Part shown: positions 55,483-64,000 of the stretch, in pieces
Numbering within the stretch: position 1 is the first letter of the stretch
How the letters are laid out: each line of letters starts with the position of its first letter
NCBI GenBank assembly: GCA_051867015.1
Contig: JBJDYD010000141.1
Span: 9,700 to 73,699, forward strand
Origin: Faecousia sp.
GTDB lineage: Bacteria > Bacillota > Clostridia > Oscillospirales > Oscillospiraceae
Reading direction: 5' to 3'
Length of the DNA: 64,000 bases
Notes under the pieces: model-generated
The model's input: only the letters and a program-made list of their open reading frames with translations
What the model was told of the DNA's origin: nothing
The model's database searches: none
Translations under genes and position numbers: made by a program

Positions 55483-56346
55483 TTACGGGAGCAGCATAAT
55501 CAGTGTGCCCGACACGATCGCGACAAGCCCTAGGGCAGATTTTTTTGACAGCCGTTCGTGAAACACAAAGTAGGAAAACGCCACTGTCACCAAGATACTG
55601 AGCTTGTCAATGGGAACAACGACGCCCGCAAGCCCGTCGTGCAGCGCTTTATAATAGCAGAGCCACGAGGCACCGGTGGCAAGACCGGAAAGGCAAATAA
55701 AGCCAAGCTCTTTTTGGGAAATCGTCTTGACGGTTTTCTGCTTTCCCGTAACAAACACCATGAGCCATGCCATGACTAAGACGACGCCGGTGCGAATCGC
55801 AGTGCCCAAATTGGACTCCACGCCGGAAATGCCGAGCTTTCCGAGGATCGCCGTAAGACTTGCGAACACGGCAGAGCCGATTGCGTAGATAAACCAATTT
55901 GCTTTCCTGCCCTCCTTGGGCGCAGCATCCTTTTTCTCTATCATTAAAAAGGTTCCGACGCCGAGGAGCAGAACGCCTGCCGCTTTTGGGAGCGTCATTC
56001 TTTCAGGCAGGAAAATGGTTGCCAGCAGGACGGTCAGAACCGTGCTGGATTTGTCAATCGGCACGACTTTATTGATATCACCGAGCTGCAGCGCTTTAAA
56101 ATAGCAAAGCCAAGACGCACCGGTAGCCAAGCCCGAAAGAATCAGGAAAAGCCATGTTCTCCCTTCCACGGCAGCAATCTGCTTCTGCGAGCCGACAACA
56201 AACACCATAATCCATGAAAAAATCAGCACAACAATTGTGCGGATTGCCGTTGCGACCGTGGAGTCGGTTTTCCGTATTCCACACTTCGCCAGCACAGAGG
56301 TAATTCCCGCAAAAATCGCAGAGCCAAATGCAAATAAGATCCACAT
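55483..56346 (-). CDS. EamA-family (DMT) transporter
   Basis: It has ten hydrophobic segments in two EamA repeats. The start was re-picked to ATG 56346 (MWILFAFGSAIFAG). Confidence 0.85.
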   Translation of the reverse strand: MWILFAFGSAIFAGITSVLAKCGIRKTDSTVATAIRTIVVLIFSWIMVFVVGSQKQIAAVEGRTWLFLILSGLATGASWLCYFKALQLGDINKVVPIDKSSTVLTVLLATIFLPERMTLPKAAGVLLLGVGTFLMIEKKDAAPKEGRKANWFIYAIGSAVFASLTAILGKLGISGVESNLGTAIRTGVVLVMAWLMVFVTGKQKTVKTISQKELGFICLSGLATGASWLCYYKALHDGLAGVVVPIDKLSILVTVAFSYFVFHERLSKKSALGLVAIVSGTLIMLLP

Positions 56347-56443
56347 ACTTTTCTCTCTCCTTGCGCGGAAGTCTCTTCCGTGGTCTTTTCGGAATACATT
56401 GTAGCACACGGCACCGGAAGCGTCAATCTCCCTTAAATAGCTC

Positions 56444-56479
56444 CCGCGCAAAATGCAGGCTTTTGCATTTTGCGCGGGA
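56444..56479 (-). terminator. Hairpin downstream of the sugar ABC operon
   Basis: 15-bp perfect stem cccgcgcaaaatgca / tgcattttgcgcggg with no clear T-run. Confidence 0.45.
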
Positions 56480-56536
56480 GTCTGTCATACTATCATGTTT
56501 GAAAAGGGATTGCTACAGTTTAAATTCGCAGAACGG

Positions 56537-57544
56537 TCAAGCCTTCTTGCGGGTCTTGATCATGTCCATTGCGACTGCGGCAATGATGAGGATACCGGTG
56601 ATGACCTCAAGGATGTAGTCGCTGATTTCAATGCCGAACGGGCGGGACTTACCGGCGTTCTCAATAACAGCCATCAGCAGCGTGCCAATGAAGGTGCCGG
56701 TGATCGCGCCGCGGCCGCCTGCCAGAGACGCACCGCCGATAACGGCAGCGGCAATGGCATTCATGTCATAGCCTTCGCCGGTGTTCGGCATTGCGCGGAG
56801 GATACGGCCGGCGAACATCATCGCAGCAACGCCGTAGATGAGGCCCGCAACGGAATAGACCATATAGAAGGTCTTGCGAACCTTGATACCGGACAGACGG
56901 GCAACCTCGATACCGGAGCCGATGACGAAGAGGTCGCGACCGAAAACGGTATACCGCAAAACAAGGAAGGCAATGATAGCCACGAGAATCCAGATACAGG
57001 CGAGGATCGGCAGGAAACCGAAGACATTGTAGTCACCGATCTTTTCGAAGAGCTTGATAAAGGTCTTGCCGTCCGCCTCAAAGAAGGAAACGGAGTTGCC
57101 GGAGCAGGCAAGCTTCAAAATGCCGCGGTAGATGGTCTGCGTGCCGAGGGTCGCGATCATCGCGGGAACGTTCAGGTCGAAGATGATAACGCCGTTGATA
57201 AAGCCGCAAACGATACAAACGACAAAGTTCAGAATAATGGCAAGCCAAACCGGCTGACCTGCGCGGATCATCAGCGCCATGGTCATGCAGCCGAGACCGG
57301 CAATCGCGCCGCCGGAAATGTCGATGCCGCCGGTGATGATGATAAGCGTCTGCGCCACTGCCAGAACGCCGACAATCGCGCCCTGTTTTGTGAGGTTCAT
57401 GAGGTTATACTGCGTTTTGAAAGTATCCGAGCCAAAGAACGCCAGCAGGAACAGCGCGATGACGACAAGACCGATGGTAAACTCAGAACGCTTTACCATA
57501 CGGGTGAGCGGGCTTGAGGTTTTTGTCTTAGTAGTAGTGGTCAT
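56537..57544 (-). CDS. Sugar ABC transporter permease (RbsC-like)
   Basis: 335 aa, polytopic, BPD_transp_2-like (TGGIDISGGAIAGL, GGASLAGGRG). Confidence 0.9.
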   Translation of the reverse strand: MTTTTKTKTSSPLTRMVKRSEFTIGLVVIALFLLAFFGSDTFKTQYNLMNLTKQGAIVGVLAVAQTLIIITGGIDISGGAIAGLGCMTMALMIRAGQPVWLAIILNFVVCIVCGFINGVIIFDLNVPAMIATLGTQTIYRGILKLACSGNSVSFFEADGKTFIKLFEKIGDYNVFGFLPILACIWILVAIIAFLVLRYTVFGRDLFVIGSGIEVARLSGIKVRKTFYMVYSVAGLIYGVAAMMFAGRILRAMPNTGEGYDMNAIAAAVIGGASLAGGRGAITGTFIGTLLMAVIENAGKSRPFGIEISDYILEVITGILIIAAVAMDMIKTRKKA

Positions 57545-57558
57545 AATAATCTCTCCTC

Positions 57559-59067
57559 TTAATCTTCAATGGATGCCATGCGCAGAACATCCTCTTCGGT
57601 GAGGGTTTTCAGTGCTTCCTTATCATACTCTGCGGTGATCTTGCCCTGCGCCATCACGATCAGGCGGTCGGACAAGCCCATAACCTCAGGCAAATAAGAC
57701 GAAATCAGAATCACGCCGCGTCCCTGCGCCGTTAAGCCCTCAATCAGCTTAAAGATCTCCTGCTTCGCACCGACGTCAATACCGACGGTCGGTTCGTCGA
57801 AGATCAGAATCTCGGGATCACGGCAGAGCAGCTTCGCGATAACCACCTTCTGCTGATTGCCGCCGGAGAGATTGCCGACAAGCTGAGAGATGGAAGGTGT
57901 TTTCACGTTCACATTTTTGGAATACTCCTGCGCACGCTTGCTTTCCTTGCGCAGGTTTACAAAGCCGCCGGTGCTGATCATATCATACGAGCTCATGTTG
58001 ACATTGGTCTTAATATCCAATTTCAGCGCGCACCCGTCCGCACGGCGGTCTTCGGTCAGGAAGCCGATGCCGCTGTGCAGGGCATCCGTGGGATTTTTGA
58101 TGTTTACCTTGTTTCCGCGCAGATAAACATCGCCGGTCAGTCGCTTCTCCACGCCGGTCAGGGCGCGCATGATCTCACTTCTGCCCGCTCCGACCAAGCC
58201 GAAAAATCCCAAGATCTCACCCTGATGCAGGCTGAAATCAATGTTTTTAAAGTGGTTCGTGTCGGAGAAGTTTTCCACACGGAGCAGCTCCTCGCCCGGT
58301 TCAAAATGCTGGATGTTATAAATATCAGTCGCCGGGCGGCCGACCATCTTCTGAATCAGCGAATCCTTTGTGACAGCTTCAATCGGCAGCGTGTCAACAT
58401 AGGTGCCGTCCTTCAAAATCGTAACGCTGTCGCAAATCTGCATGATCTCCTCTAAGCGATGTGAGATGTAGATAATGCTGACGCCGCGTGCCTTCAGCTC
58501 CGCAATGAAGCGGAACAGTATATCAACCTTTTCGTTTTCCAGGAGAGCCGTCGGCTCGTCAAAGATAACGATACGGATATCTTCGTTTACAGAAATTTTG
58601 CTGATCGTGACCATCGCCTGCATTGCGATGGGCAGCTCTCGAATTTTTTCCAGCGGGTCTACACCCATTTCAAATTTGTCGATGATTTTCTTGCTGTCCT
58701 GCGCCATTTTCTTCCAGTCAACCATACCCAAAGCGTTTTTGGGCTGACGACCGAGGAAATAATTCTCCGCGATGCTGAGATCGGGCGCGATGTTGACATG
58801 CTGATAGTTCGCAAAAACGCCATGCGCCTGCGCTTCAACGGCGTTGGCATTCACAACCCACTCGCCGTTATAATTCATGCTGATCTTACCCTGATTCGGC
58901 TTCTCAACACCCATGATACACTTGATCAGAGTGGATTTGCCGGCGCCGTTCTCCCCGACCAATGCACGAACCTCTCCCTTTTGCAAGGTGAAGCTCACAT
59001 CATTCAGTGCGGTAACGCCGGGATAGAACTTGCTGACATGTTCTATTTTTAAGATGGTATCCTGCAT
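57559..59067 (-). CDS. Sugar ABC transporter ATP-binding protein, duplicated ATPase (RbsA-like)
   Basis: It has two ABC modules: GENGAGKST with DEPT, and a second with LSGGNQQK and DEPTVGID. The start was re-picked to ATG 59067. Confidence 0.9.
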   Translation of the reverse strand: MQDTILKIEHVSKFYPGVTALNDVSFTLQKGEVRALVGENGAGKSTLIKCIMGVEKPNQGKISMNYNGEWVVNANAVEAQAHGVFANYQHVNIAPDLSIAENYFLGRQPKNALGMVDWKKMAQDSKKIIDKFEMGVDPLEKIRELPIAMQAMVTISKISVNEDIRIVIFDEPTALLENEKVDILFRFIAELKARGVSIIYISHRLEEIMQICDSVTILKDGTYVDTLPIEAVTKDSLIQKMVGRPATDIYNIQHFEPGEELLRVENFSDTNHFKNIDFSLHQGEILGFFGLVGAGRSEIMRALTGVEKRLTGDVYLRGNKVNIKNPTDALHSGIGFLTEDRRADGCALKLDIKTNVNMSSYDMISTGGFVNLRKESKRAQEYSKNVNVKTPSISQLVGNLSGGNQQKVVIAKLLCRDPEILIFDEPTVGIDVGAKQEIFKLIEGLTAQGRGVILISSYLPEVMGLSDRLIVMAQGKITAEYDKEALKTLTEEDVLRMASIED

Positions 59068-59163
59068 TGCTACACCCTCATTCTCTTTTGGCAGGGTCGT
59101 TGCGGTCAACGGTGACCGCAACGACCCTTATGGTTTGGTTCAAAAGGTTAATTCAGACGAAAA

Positions 59164-60216
59164 TTACTTGACATACGGGGACATCATGAACTGGATTTCT
59201 TCGCTGTCGATGTTGTCGGCAGTGACGATGACGGGCGGGATGTTGACCTGCTGCTCAGCCTCGGGGTTCTTGCCCTCGGTGAGGGTGAGAATCGCGTTCT
59301 CCATGGTTCTGTAGCCCTGGGTGAAAGCGTCCTGCACGATGATGGCGGACAGATAGCCGTCCTTCAACGCAGCGATCTCGATGTCGTCGGAGTCAACACC
59401 GACGGAGACAACGCCGTCCTTCATGTCAGCGTTACGGAGCGCAGCGCAAACGCCGTCGCAGGTAACGTTGTTGCCGGCATAGATGCCGATGAGTTCAGAG
59501 CTGTAGGTGGAAATGGTGCCTTCTGCGTCAGCCTGCGCATCAGCGGAGTCGTTGCCGTTGTACTGGATGTCGGTCAGCGTCAGAGCGGGAGCGTTAGCAG
59601 CCATGTAATCCGCGAAGCCCTGCATTCTGAAGTCGAGCGCGGCGTTCTCCATGTTCATCTGCATGCCGATGACACCGGTATCCGTGGAGAGACCTTCCTT
59701 CTCCATTGCGGCAAGGAATGCCTCTGCAGCCATCTCGCCGATGGTGGTGTTGGAGCAGTAGTAGAACTCGTTGTAGTATTCGGCATAAGCGCCGTCGTTG
59801 CCGTTGCCGAGACCGCAGTTGACGAAGTTCAGAACGATGCCTGCGTCATGGGCTTCCTTGGCCTTGGGGACGGTCGGGTCGATGTTCAGGGTTGCGGTGA
59901 GGATGGCGTCGGGCTTCGCAGCGATTGCGTTCTCAAAAGACTTGACATAGCCTTCTGCGTCAGCTTCCTGCGCGGGACCCATGACGGAGTAGTCGATCTT
60001 GATGCCGAGCTTCTCTTCGTAGTCCTTAGTGGCCTGCTTGATGCCGGTCTCAACCTGAGACCAGAAGTCGGATGCGGTGGACGGGGTAACATAGATGATC
60101 TTGTAGGTCTTTGCGCCGTCGTTACCTTCGGCGGGTTTGTCCTCATCGCCCGCGCAGCCTGCGAACAGAGCGGCGACCATGACGAGGGCAAGGATCAATG
60201 CGAGTACCTTTTTCAT
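59164..60216 (-). CDS. Sugar ABC transporter substrate-binding lipoprotein (RbsB-like)
   Basis: It has a signal peptide with lipobox LFAG-C and a periplasmic-binding-protein type-I fold pattern. Confidence 0.85.
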   Translation of the reverse strand: MKKVLALILALVMVAALFAGCAGDEDKPAEGNDGAKTYKIIYVTPSTASDFWSQVETGIKQATKDYEEKLGIKIDYSVMGPAQEADAEGYVKSFENAIAAKPDAILTATLNIDPTVPKAKEAHDAGIVLNFVNCGLGNGNDGAYAEYYNEFYYCSNTTIGEMAAEAFLAAMEKEGLSTDTGVIGMQMNMENAALDFRMQGFADYMAANAPALTLTDIQYNGNDSADAQADAEGTISTYSSELIGIYAGNNVTCDGVCAALRNADMKDGVVSVGVDSDDIEIAALKDGYLSAIIVQDAFTQGYRTMENAILTLTEGKNPEAEQQVNIPPVIVTADNIDSEEIQFMMSPYVK

Positions 60217-60294
60217 TGTTTTTCCTCCTAAATTCCTATATTAGATTTGCGATGTGCAAAGACATCCGTAGGTAAGCGGAGCCGCGCTCCGGGA

Positions 60295-60738
60295 TCACAT
60301 AACGCCCTTTTGCAGAATAATGCAGCCGTAAGGCAGGCGTTCGCTGGTGCAAACCGTGACATAGGCGTTTTTCGCCTTTTCATAGAACTTCGTGCGCTCG
60401 ATTTCGCCGACGCACTTGGCATCGTAGCCGTGCTTCACAACGGCGGCGATGGTGTCGTCCCAAACCTTGTTTTCCTTGAGAACAACGCCGGAATCCGCAT
60501 CGGGTACCATGTACTCAATGGGATGCTCGCAGTAGTCCGTATCCAGCGGTACAAGCTGCAAAATCGCGTCAACCATCTCAGCGGCGGTGTTGCCTTTTGC
60601 CTGAATGCTGATGGCATTCGGGGATTTGGTAACCGGCGGATAGAAATGATCGGCAATTACGATCAGATCGCCGTGTCCGGTATCGGCAAGTGCCTTCAAA
60701 AGATCGGAGCCGATAATATCAGGAATTCCTCTAAGCAT
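60295..60738 (-). CDS. RbsD/FucU-family sugar mutarotase
   Basis: MLRGIPDIIGSDLLKALADTGHGDLIVIADHFYP is the RbsD/FucU signature. The start ATG 60738 follows GGAGGAAG. Confidence 0.85.
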   Translation of the reverse strand: MLRGIPDIIGSDLLKALADTGHGDLIVIADHFYPPVTKSPNAISIQAKGNTAAEMVDAILQLVPLDTDYCEHPIEYMVPDADSGVVLKENKVWDDTIAAVVKHGYDAKCVGEIERTKFYEKAKNAYVTVCTSERLPYGCIILQKGVM

Positions 60739-60862
60739 CTTTCTTCCTCCTTCAAAAAATTGATATCCATTCAAAACCATTCTTCATTCTGTAGGAATGA
60801 AGAACGATGGGTACCCATCGTGGATTTTGAGGTCTGCCTTTCGGAAAGGCAAGCCGTCGCGG

Positions 60863-61792
60863 CTATTCGGCGTGCTCTGCGAGGAAGGCGTCAATCTCCG
60901 CTCTCGTCGGCATGGAAGGCGTTGTGCCGAGCTTTTGGACGGACAACGCTGCCAATGCGTTTGCAAATCTCGCCGCTTCCCAAAGCTCCTTACCCTCGGA
61001 CAGAGCTGTCAGCAAACCGCCGTTAAAAGCGTCTCCCGCGCCGGTTGTATCAATCGCCTTGACACGGAAAGCGGGAATGATCTCCGCTCTGCCGTTAGAA
61101 TTGACATAAACGCCGCGGCTGCCAAGGGTGATCAGCACGTTCTGCACGCCCTTGTCAAAGAAAACCTGCGCAGCCTTGTTTGCGCTCTCCAAATCATGCA
61201 CGGGGATGCCTGTCAATTCCTCTGCCTCGACCTCATTCGGCGTGACAAGGTAAGCGCCCTTCAGGAATTCATCCGTAATCGGCTGGTACGGTGCGGTGTT
61301 GATGATCACACGAACGCCGTTCTCCTTCGCGATCTTTGCGACTCTCTCATTCGCGTCCTGATTGACTTCAAGCTGAAGCAGGACATAGGCGGAGTCCTTA
61401 ATCTGCGCTTCTACACTTGCAATGTCTTCCTCCGTAATGGTGCTGCACGCGCCGGGAACGATCACAATCTCATTCTGACTGGTGTTTTCGTCCACAAGGA
61501 TCAATGCAATACCGGTGGCGACCTCATCGTTGTAGAAAAGATAATCCTTGGAAAGTCCAACCTCCTCCATGGCGTCCAACGCAACCTCTGCCATGGAATC
61601 TCTGCCGAGCTTTGTAATCATGACGACATTGCCGCCGGATTTATGCGCGGCAATTCCCTGATTGAAGCCTTTGCCTCCGGCGCCCTGTTTAAAGAAGCTG
61701 CCCTTTACCGTCTCGCCCGGAACCGGGAGATGCGGCGTTCTGCCCATCAGATCAACAACAAAGCTACCGAATACCGTTACTTTCTTCGTCAA
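60863..61792 (-). CDS. rbsK: Ribokinase
   Basis: The PfkB motifs GGKGFNQ and DTTGAGDAFNG are present. The start was re-picked to TTG 61792, 6 nt after SD GGAGGAG. Confidence 0.9.
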   Translation of the reverse strand: MTKKVTVFGSFVVDLMGRTPHLPVPGETVKGSFFKQGAGGKGFNQGIAAHKSGGNVVMITKLGRDSMAEVALDAMEEVGLSKDYLFYNDEVATGIALILVDENTSQNEIVIVPGACSTITEEDIASVEAQIKDSAYVLLQLEVNQDANERVAKIAKENGVRVIINTAPYQPITDEFLKGAYLVTPNEVEAEELTGIPVHDLESANKAAQVFFDKGVQNVLITLGSRGVYVNSNGRAEIIPAFRVKAIDTTGAGDAFNGGLLTALSEGKELWEAARFANALAALSVQKLGTTPSMPTRAEIDAFLAEHAE

Positions 61793-61859
61793 TTTGCTCT
61801 CCTCCAATCAATTCTGAAAAAGTTTAAAAAGTTCTGTCTCTTTATACATATGTAAGGAA

Positions 61860-61873
61860 TGTAAGGGCTTACA
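61860..61873. promoter_or_regulatory. Candidate LacI-family operator upstream of rbsK
   Basis: TGTAAGGGCTTACA has perfect 6-bp inverted arms. It lies about 70-80 nt upstream of the rbsK start, between the regulator gene and the operon. Confidence 0.45.
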
Positions 61874-61944
61874 GATCTTTAAGCAAAGAAAGGCAACCGG
61901 TCGAAAAGGTAATAATCCGTTTGATGACTCGTTGCCTCACTTTT

Positions 61945-62985
61945 TTACAGTCTCTTCCTCGGAAGACATTCTGAACCGCGCAAAATCAATTCTGTCGGCA
62001 AACAGGTGCGCGTCCCCTGCTCCGGTCTTATTTTATTTTCGAAACGGGACATTAGATGACGCATCGCCTGTTCTCCCATCTTCGGAACATCACGGCTGAC
62101 AACCGAGACATTGTAATTCAGCCAACGCAGCTCTTCAATATCGTCAAAGCCAATCAGCGCAATGTCCTCACCGATGCGCAGCCCCAATTCCTCAAACGCC
62201 TTCAGGCAGCCATAGGTCGTCATATTGTTGGAAGCGAAGATCGCCGTGGGCGGCTCCGGCAGTGCGCACAGAGCAAGGGTCTGCTCATAAGCACATTGCA
62301 CCATGAAGTCACCTTTTCGAATGTATTCCTCTCGCAGCGGAATGTGATTTTCTTCCATCGCGCGGCAATACCCACGAAAACGTTCGCGACCGGGTCTTGA
62401 AGCTTCCGGACCCGTAATAACGGCAATTCTCCTGTGCCCGATGCGAATCAATTCATTGACCGCGAGGAAAACGCCCTCATCATCCGCAGTAACAACACGG
62501 TCGAACAAGTTGCTGTCAACCTCTCGGTCAAGGAGCACAACGGGAATGCCCAGCGTCTCAAAGTTGTGCAGCCGATAAAGCGTCTCTCCGTCTTCTGCGG
62601 AAACCGGGGTGATGATCACGCCGCGAAGTCTATGCTCACGCATGGAGTCTAACACCTTATGCTCCCGTTCGGAGCTTTCATTCGTGCCAAATAGGAAAAT
62701 ATTCAAGCCCATCTCGTCGGCTGCAAGGGTAATACCCTGCAAGAGCTGCGAAAAAAAGGGGTTGCTGATATCTGGGATCACAACACCGACAGAGGTTGAA
62801 GTGGAGGTGCTGAGACTGCGGGCGGCGATATTTGGAACGTAATTCAGCTTCTTTACCGCAGCGAGAACACGCTCTGTGTTCTTTGGGCTGACCGTGGTGG
62901 AATGGTTCATTACGCGCGAAACCGTCGCGATAGAAACGCCTGCCTCTTTCGCTATCTCATAAATATTCGCTTCTTGCTTAATCAT
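61945..62985 (-). CDS. LacI-family transcriptional regulator
   Basis: The HTH NIYEIAKEAGVSIATVSRVMNH is followed by a periplasmic-binding-like sugar domain. The start was re-picked to ATG 62985. Confidence 0.9.
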   Translation of the reverse strand: MIKQEANIYEIAKEAGVSIATVSRVMNHSTTVSPKNTERVLAAVKKLNYVPNIAARSLSTSTSTSVGVVIPDISNPFFSQLLQGITLAADEMGLNIFLFGTNESSEREHKVLDSMREHRLRGVIITPVSAEDGETLYRLHNFETLGIPVVLLDREVDSNLFDRVVTADDEGVFLAVNELIRIGHRRIAVITGPEASRPGRERFRGYCRAMEENHIPLREEYIRKGDFMVQCAYEQTLALCALPEPPTAIFASNNMTTYGCLKAFEELGLRIGEDIALIGFDDIEELRWLNYNVSVVSRDVPKMGEQAMRHLMSRFENKIRPEQGTRTCLPTELILRGSECLPRKRL

Positions 62986-63016
62986 TCCACCCCAGCTCAC
63001 TTCTGTTAAACGCAAA

Positions 63017-63030
63017 TGTAAACGCTTTCT
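63017..63030. promoter_or_regulatory. cre-like / LacI-type operator upstream of the regulator gene
   Basis: TGTAAACGCTTTCT matches 13 of 14 positions of TGWAANCGNTNWCA. It lies downstream of a candidate promoter on the minus strand: TTGACA at 63074-63069, 17-nt spacer, TATCTT at 63051-63046. Confidence 0.4.
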
Positions 63031-63402
63031 TCTTTTTACATTTTCAAGATACGCCACTTTTTTCCGCTTGTCAATAGGTCGAACCAAACTTTGGAGGATT
63101 CGACAAAACCCACCCTTCCAAATTGGATAATACGCACAATGGAAAGCGCTCATGCTCATGCATTTCTGTCCAAAATGGCGCTGAACATACAGACAAAATT
63201 TGCCCCATCCGTTGCGGCTGACGACTCTGTCCGCCGGTACAGAAACCACCGACTGCATACAAACCTACAGCCGGAGATTGCCGCGATCGGTGCGCAGCAG
63301 TTCGCGAAGAAGGAGCGTTGCGGATCCGATGTACCCCTTACGGGCAATGTGCGCACCGGTCTCGCAATGACAAGTAGAATTTCTTTTTGCTTCATTAATA
63401 AT

Positions 63403-63459
63403 ATCCTTTAACGCAGAAACAGCCATGCTTTTGGCATGGCTGTTTCTGTGTTAAAGGAT
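63403..63459 (-). terminator. Long hairpin terminator after leuS
   Basis: 26-bp stem with one mismatch (63403-63428 / 63434-63459), starting 4 nt after the leuS stop. A T-rich run is present on the plus-strand side, and the minus-strand side is A/T-rich. Confidence 0.6.
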
Positions 63460-63462
63460 GTT

Positions 63463-64000
63463 TTATTTCACAATTAAATTGACAAGCTTATTTTTTACGA
63501 CAATGGTCTTGACGATGCTGCCGCCGAGGCGGTTCAGGAAGGCTGCGACCTTCTCATCTGCGGTTGCGGCTGCAACGACGCTGTCGTTATCGAGGTCTGC
63601 CGCGACATGGATCGTGCCGCGCAGCTTACCGTTGACCTGCACCGCCATGTCGATCTCGCTGTCCTTGCACTTTGCCTCGTCATAGGTCGGCCATGCGGAG
63701 ACCGAGCAGATACCCTCAAAACCGTGCTGCTCCCAAATCTCATCGCAGATGTGCGGCGCAAACGGGCTGAGGAGCTGCAAGAGCGTTTTCAGCTCCGCCG
63801 CGTTGCAGCCGTTATCCGACAAGGAGCTGCAAAGGGTCATCAGGGCGGCAAGGGCAGTGTTGCCCTTCAAAGCGTCAATGTCAGAGCTGACCTTCTTGAT
63901 GGTCTTATGCAGAATCGCCTCGTTCTTTGCGCTGTACGCCGTCTCATGGTCGGTCACGGTCTCGGCAAGATTCCAGACCTTATCCAAGAAGCGCTTGCAG
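63463..64000 (-). CDS. leuS: Leucine--tRNA ligase, C-terminal part (gene continues beyond the window)
   Basis: FLDKVWNL..., SPFAPHICDEIWE and the C-terminal ...VKTIVVKNKLVNLIVK are typical of the LeuS anticodon-binding and C-terminal domains. Confidence 0.85.
   Translation of the reverse strand, partial: CKRFLDKVWNLAETVTDHETAYSAKNEAILHKTIKKVSSDIDALKGNTALAALMTLCSSLSDNGCNAAELKTLLQLLSPFAPHICDEIWEQHGFEGICSVSAWPTYDEAKCKDSEIDMAVQVNGKLRGTIHVAADLDNDSVVAAATADEKVAAFLNRLGGSIVKTIVVKNKLVNLIVK

Noticed and set aside
56453-57517. 354-aa plus-strand ORF, with similar cases at 60797-61855, 40791-41678, 26161-27039, 43008-43799 and 16539-17432
   Set aside because: All are antisense to well-supported minus-strand genes (permease, ribokinase, phosphoglucomutase, engB/lon, rsmD/uvrC, ispH-S1). 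Their compositions are Asp/Gly/Arg/Ala-rich and featureless.
63091-63411. ORFs 63091-63411 (+) and 63156-63395 (-) in the leuS-lacI gap
   Set aside because: The products are Arg/Cys-rich and implausible. The only SD-like sequence for the minus-strand ORF is buried in the leuS terminator stem. The gap is reported as a finding rather than as a CDS.

Overview
This window reads as a chromosomal segment of a spore-forming Clostridia-class Firmicute, possibly Oscillospirales-like. The taxon is inferred from gene content only. About 38 kb (16.4-54.1 kb) is one co-oriented minus-strand block of core housekeeping genes: cmk-plsC-ispH/S1 fusion, scpAB, tig-clpP-clpX-lon-engB, rnhB, rbgA, lepB, valS with a Val T-box leader, pgm, coaD, rsmD, uvrC, mutS2, recO, era, ybeY and phoH. 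Sporulation genes ytfJ, yqfC, yqfD and ylbJ sit within or beside it. The right end carries a LacI-controlled ribose-type utilisation operon (rbsK, rbsD/fucU, rbsB, rbsA, rbsC-like) and the 3' end of leuS. The left end holds a decayed integrative-element edge (tnpV plus a truncated large serine recombinase) abutting an intact tRNA-Pro(UGG). It is followed by GH13 amylase, trmB, icd, rpoD and a divergent Rrf2-cysK pair. The most unusual content is in the 8.5-16.3 kb stretch, which looks more A+T-rich by eye. (1) A five-gene operon behind a perfect consensus promoter encodes a DUF134 regulator, a Cys-rich mini membrane protein, a MacB/FtsX-type ABC pair whose permease carries an HEHG-E8-HHEMH loop, and a lipoprotein with a DUF3299-like CPFC motif. 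I flag this as a candidate uncharacterised metal-handling system. (2) An XRE-type HTH is fused to a complete desulfoferrodoxin (2Fe-SOR) module. (3) Two paralogous small 2-TM proteins bracket an island of hypothetical genes. No CRISPR array, rRNA or obvious defence system was seen. Start codons were re-picked by eye from RBS context and homology, and are less certain than stops.
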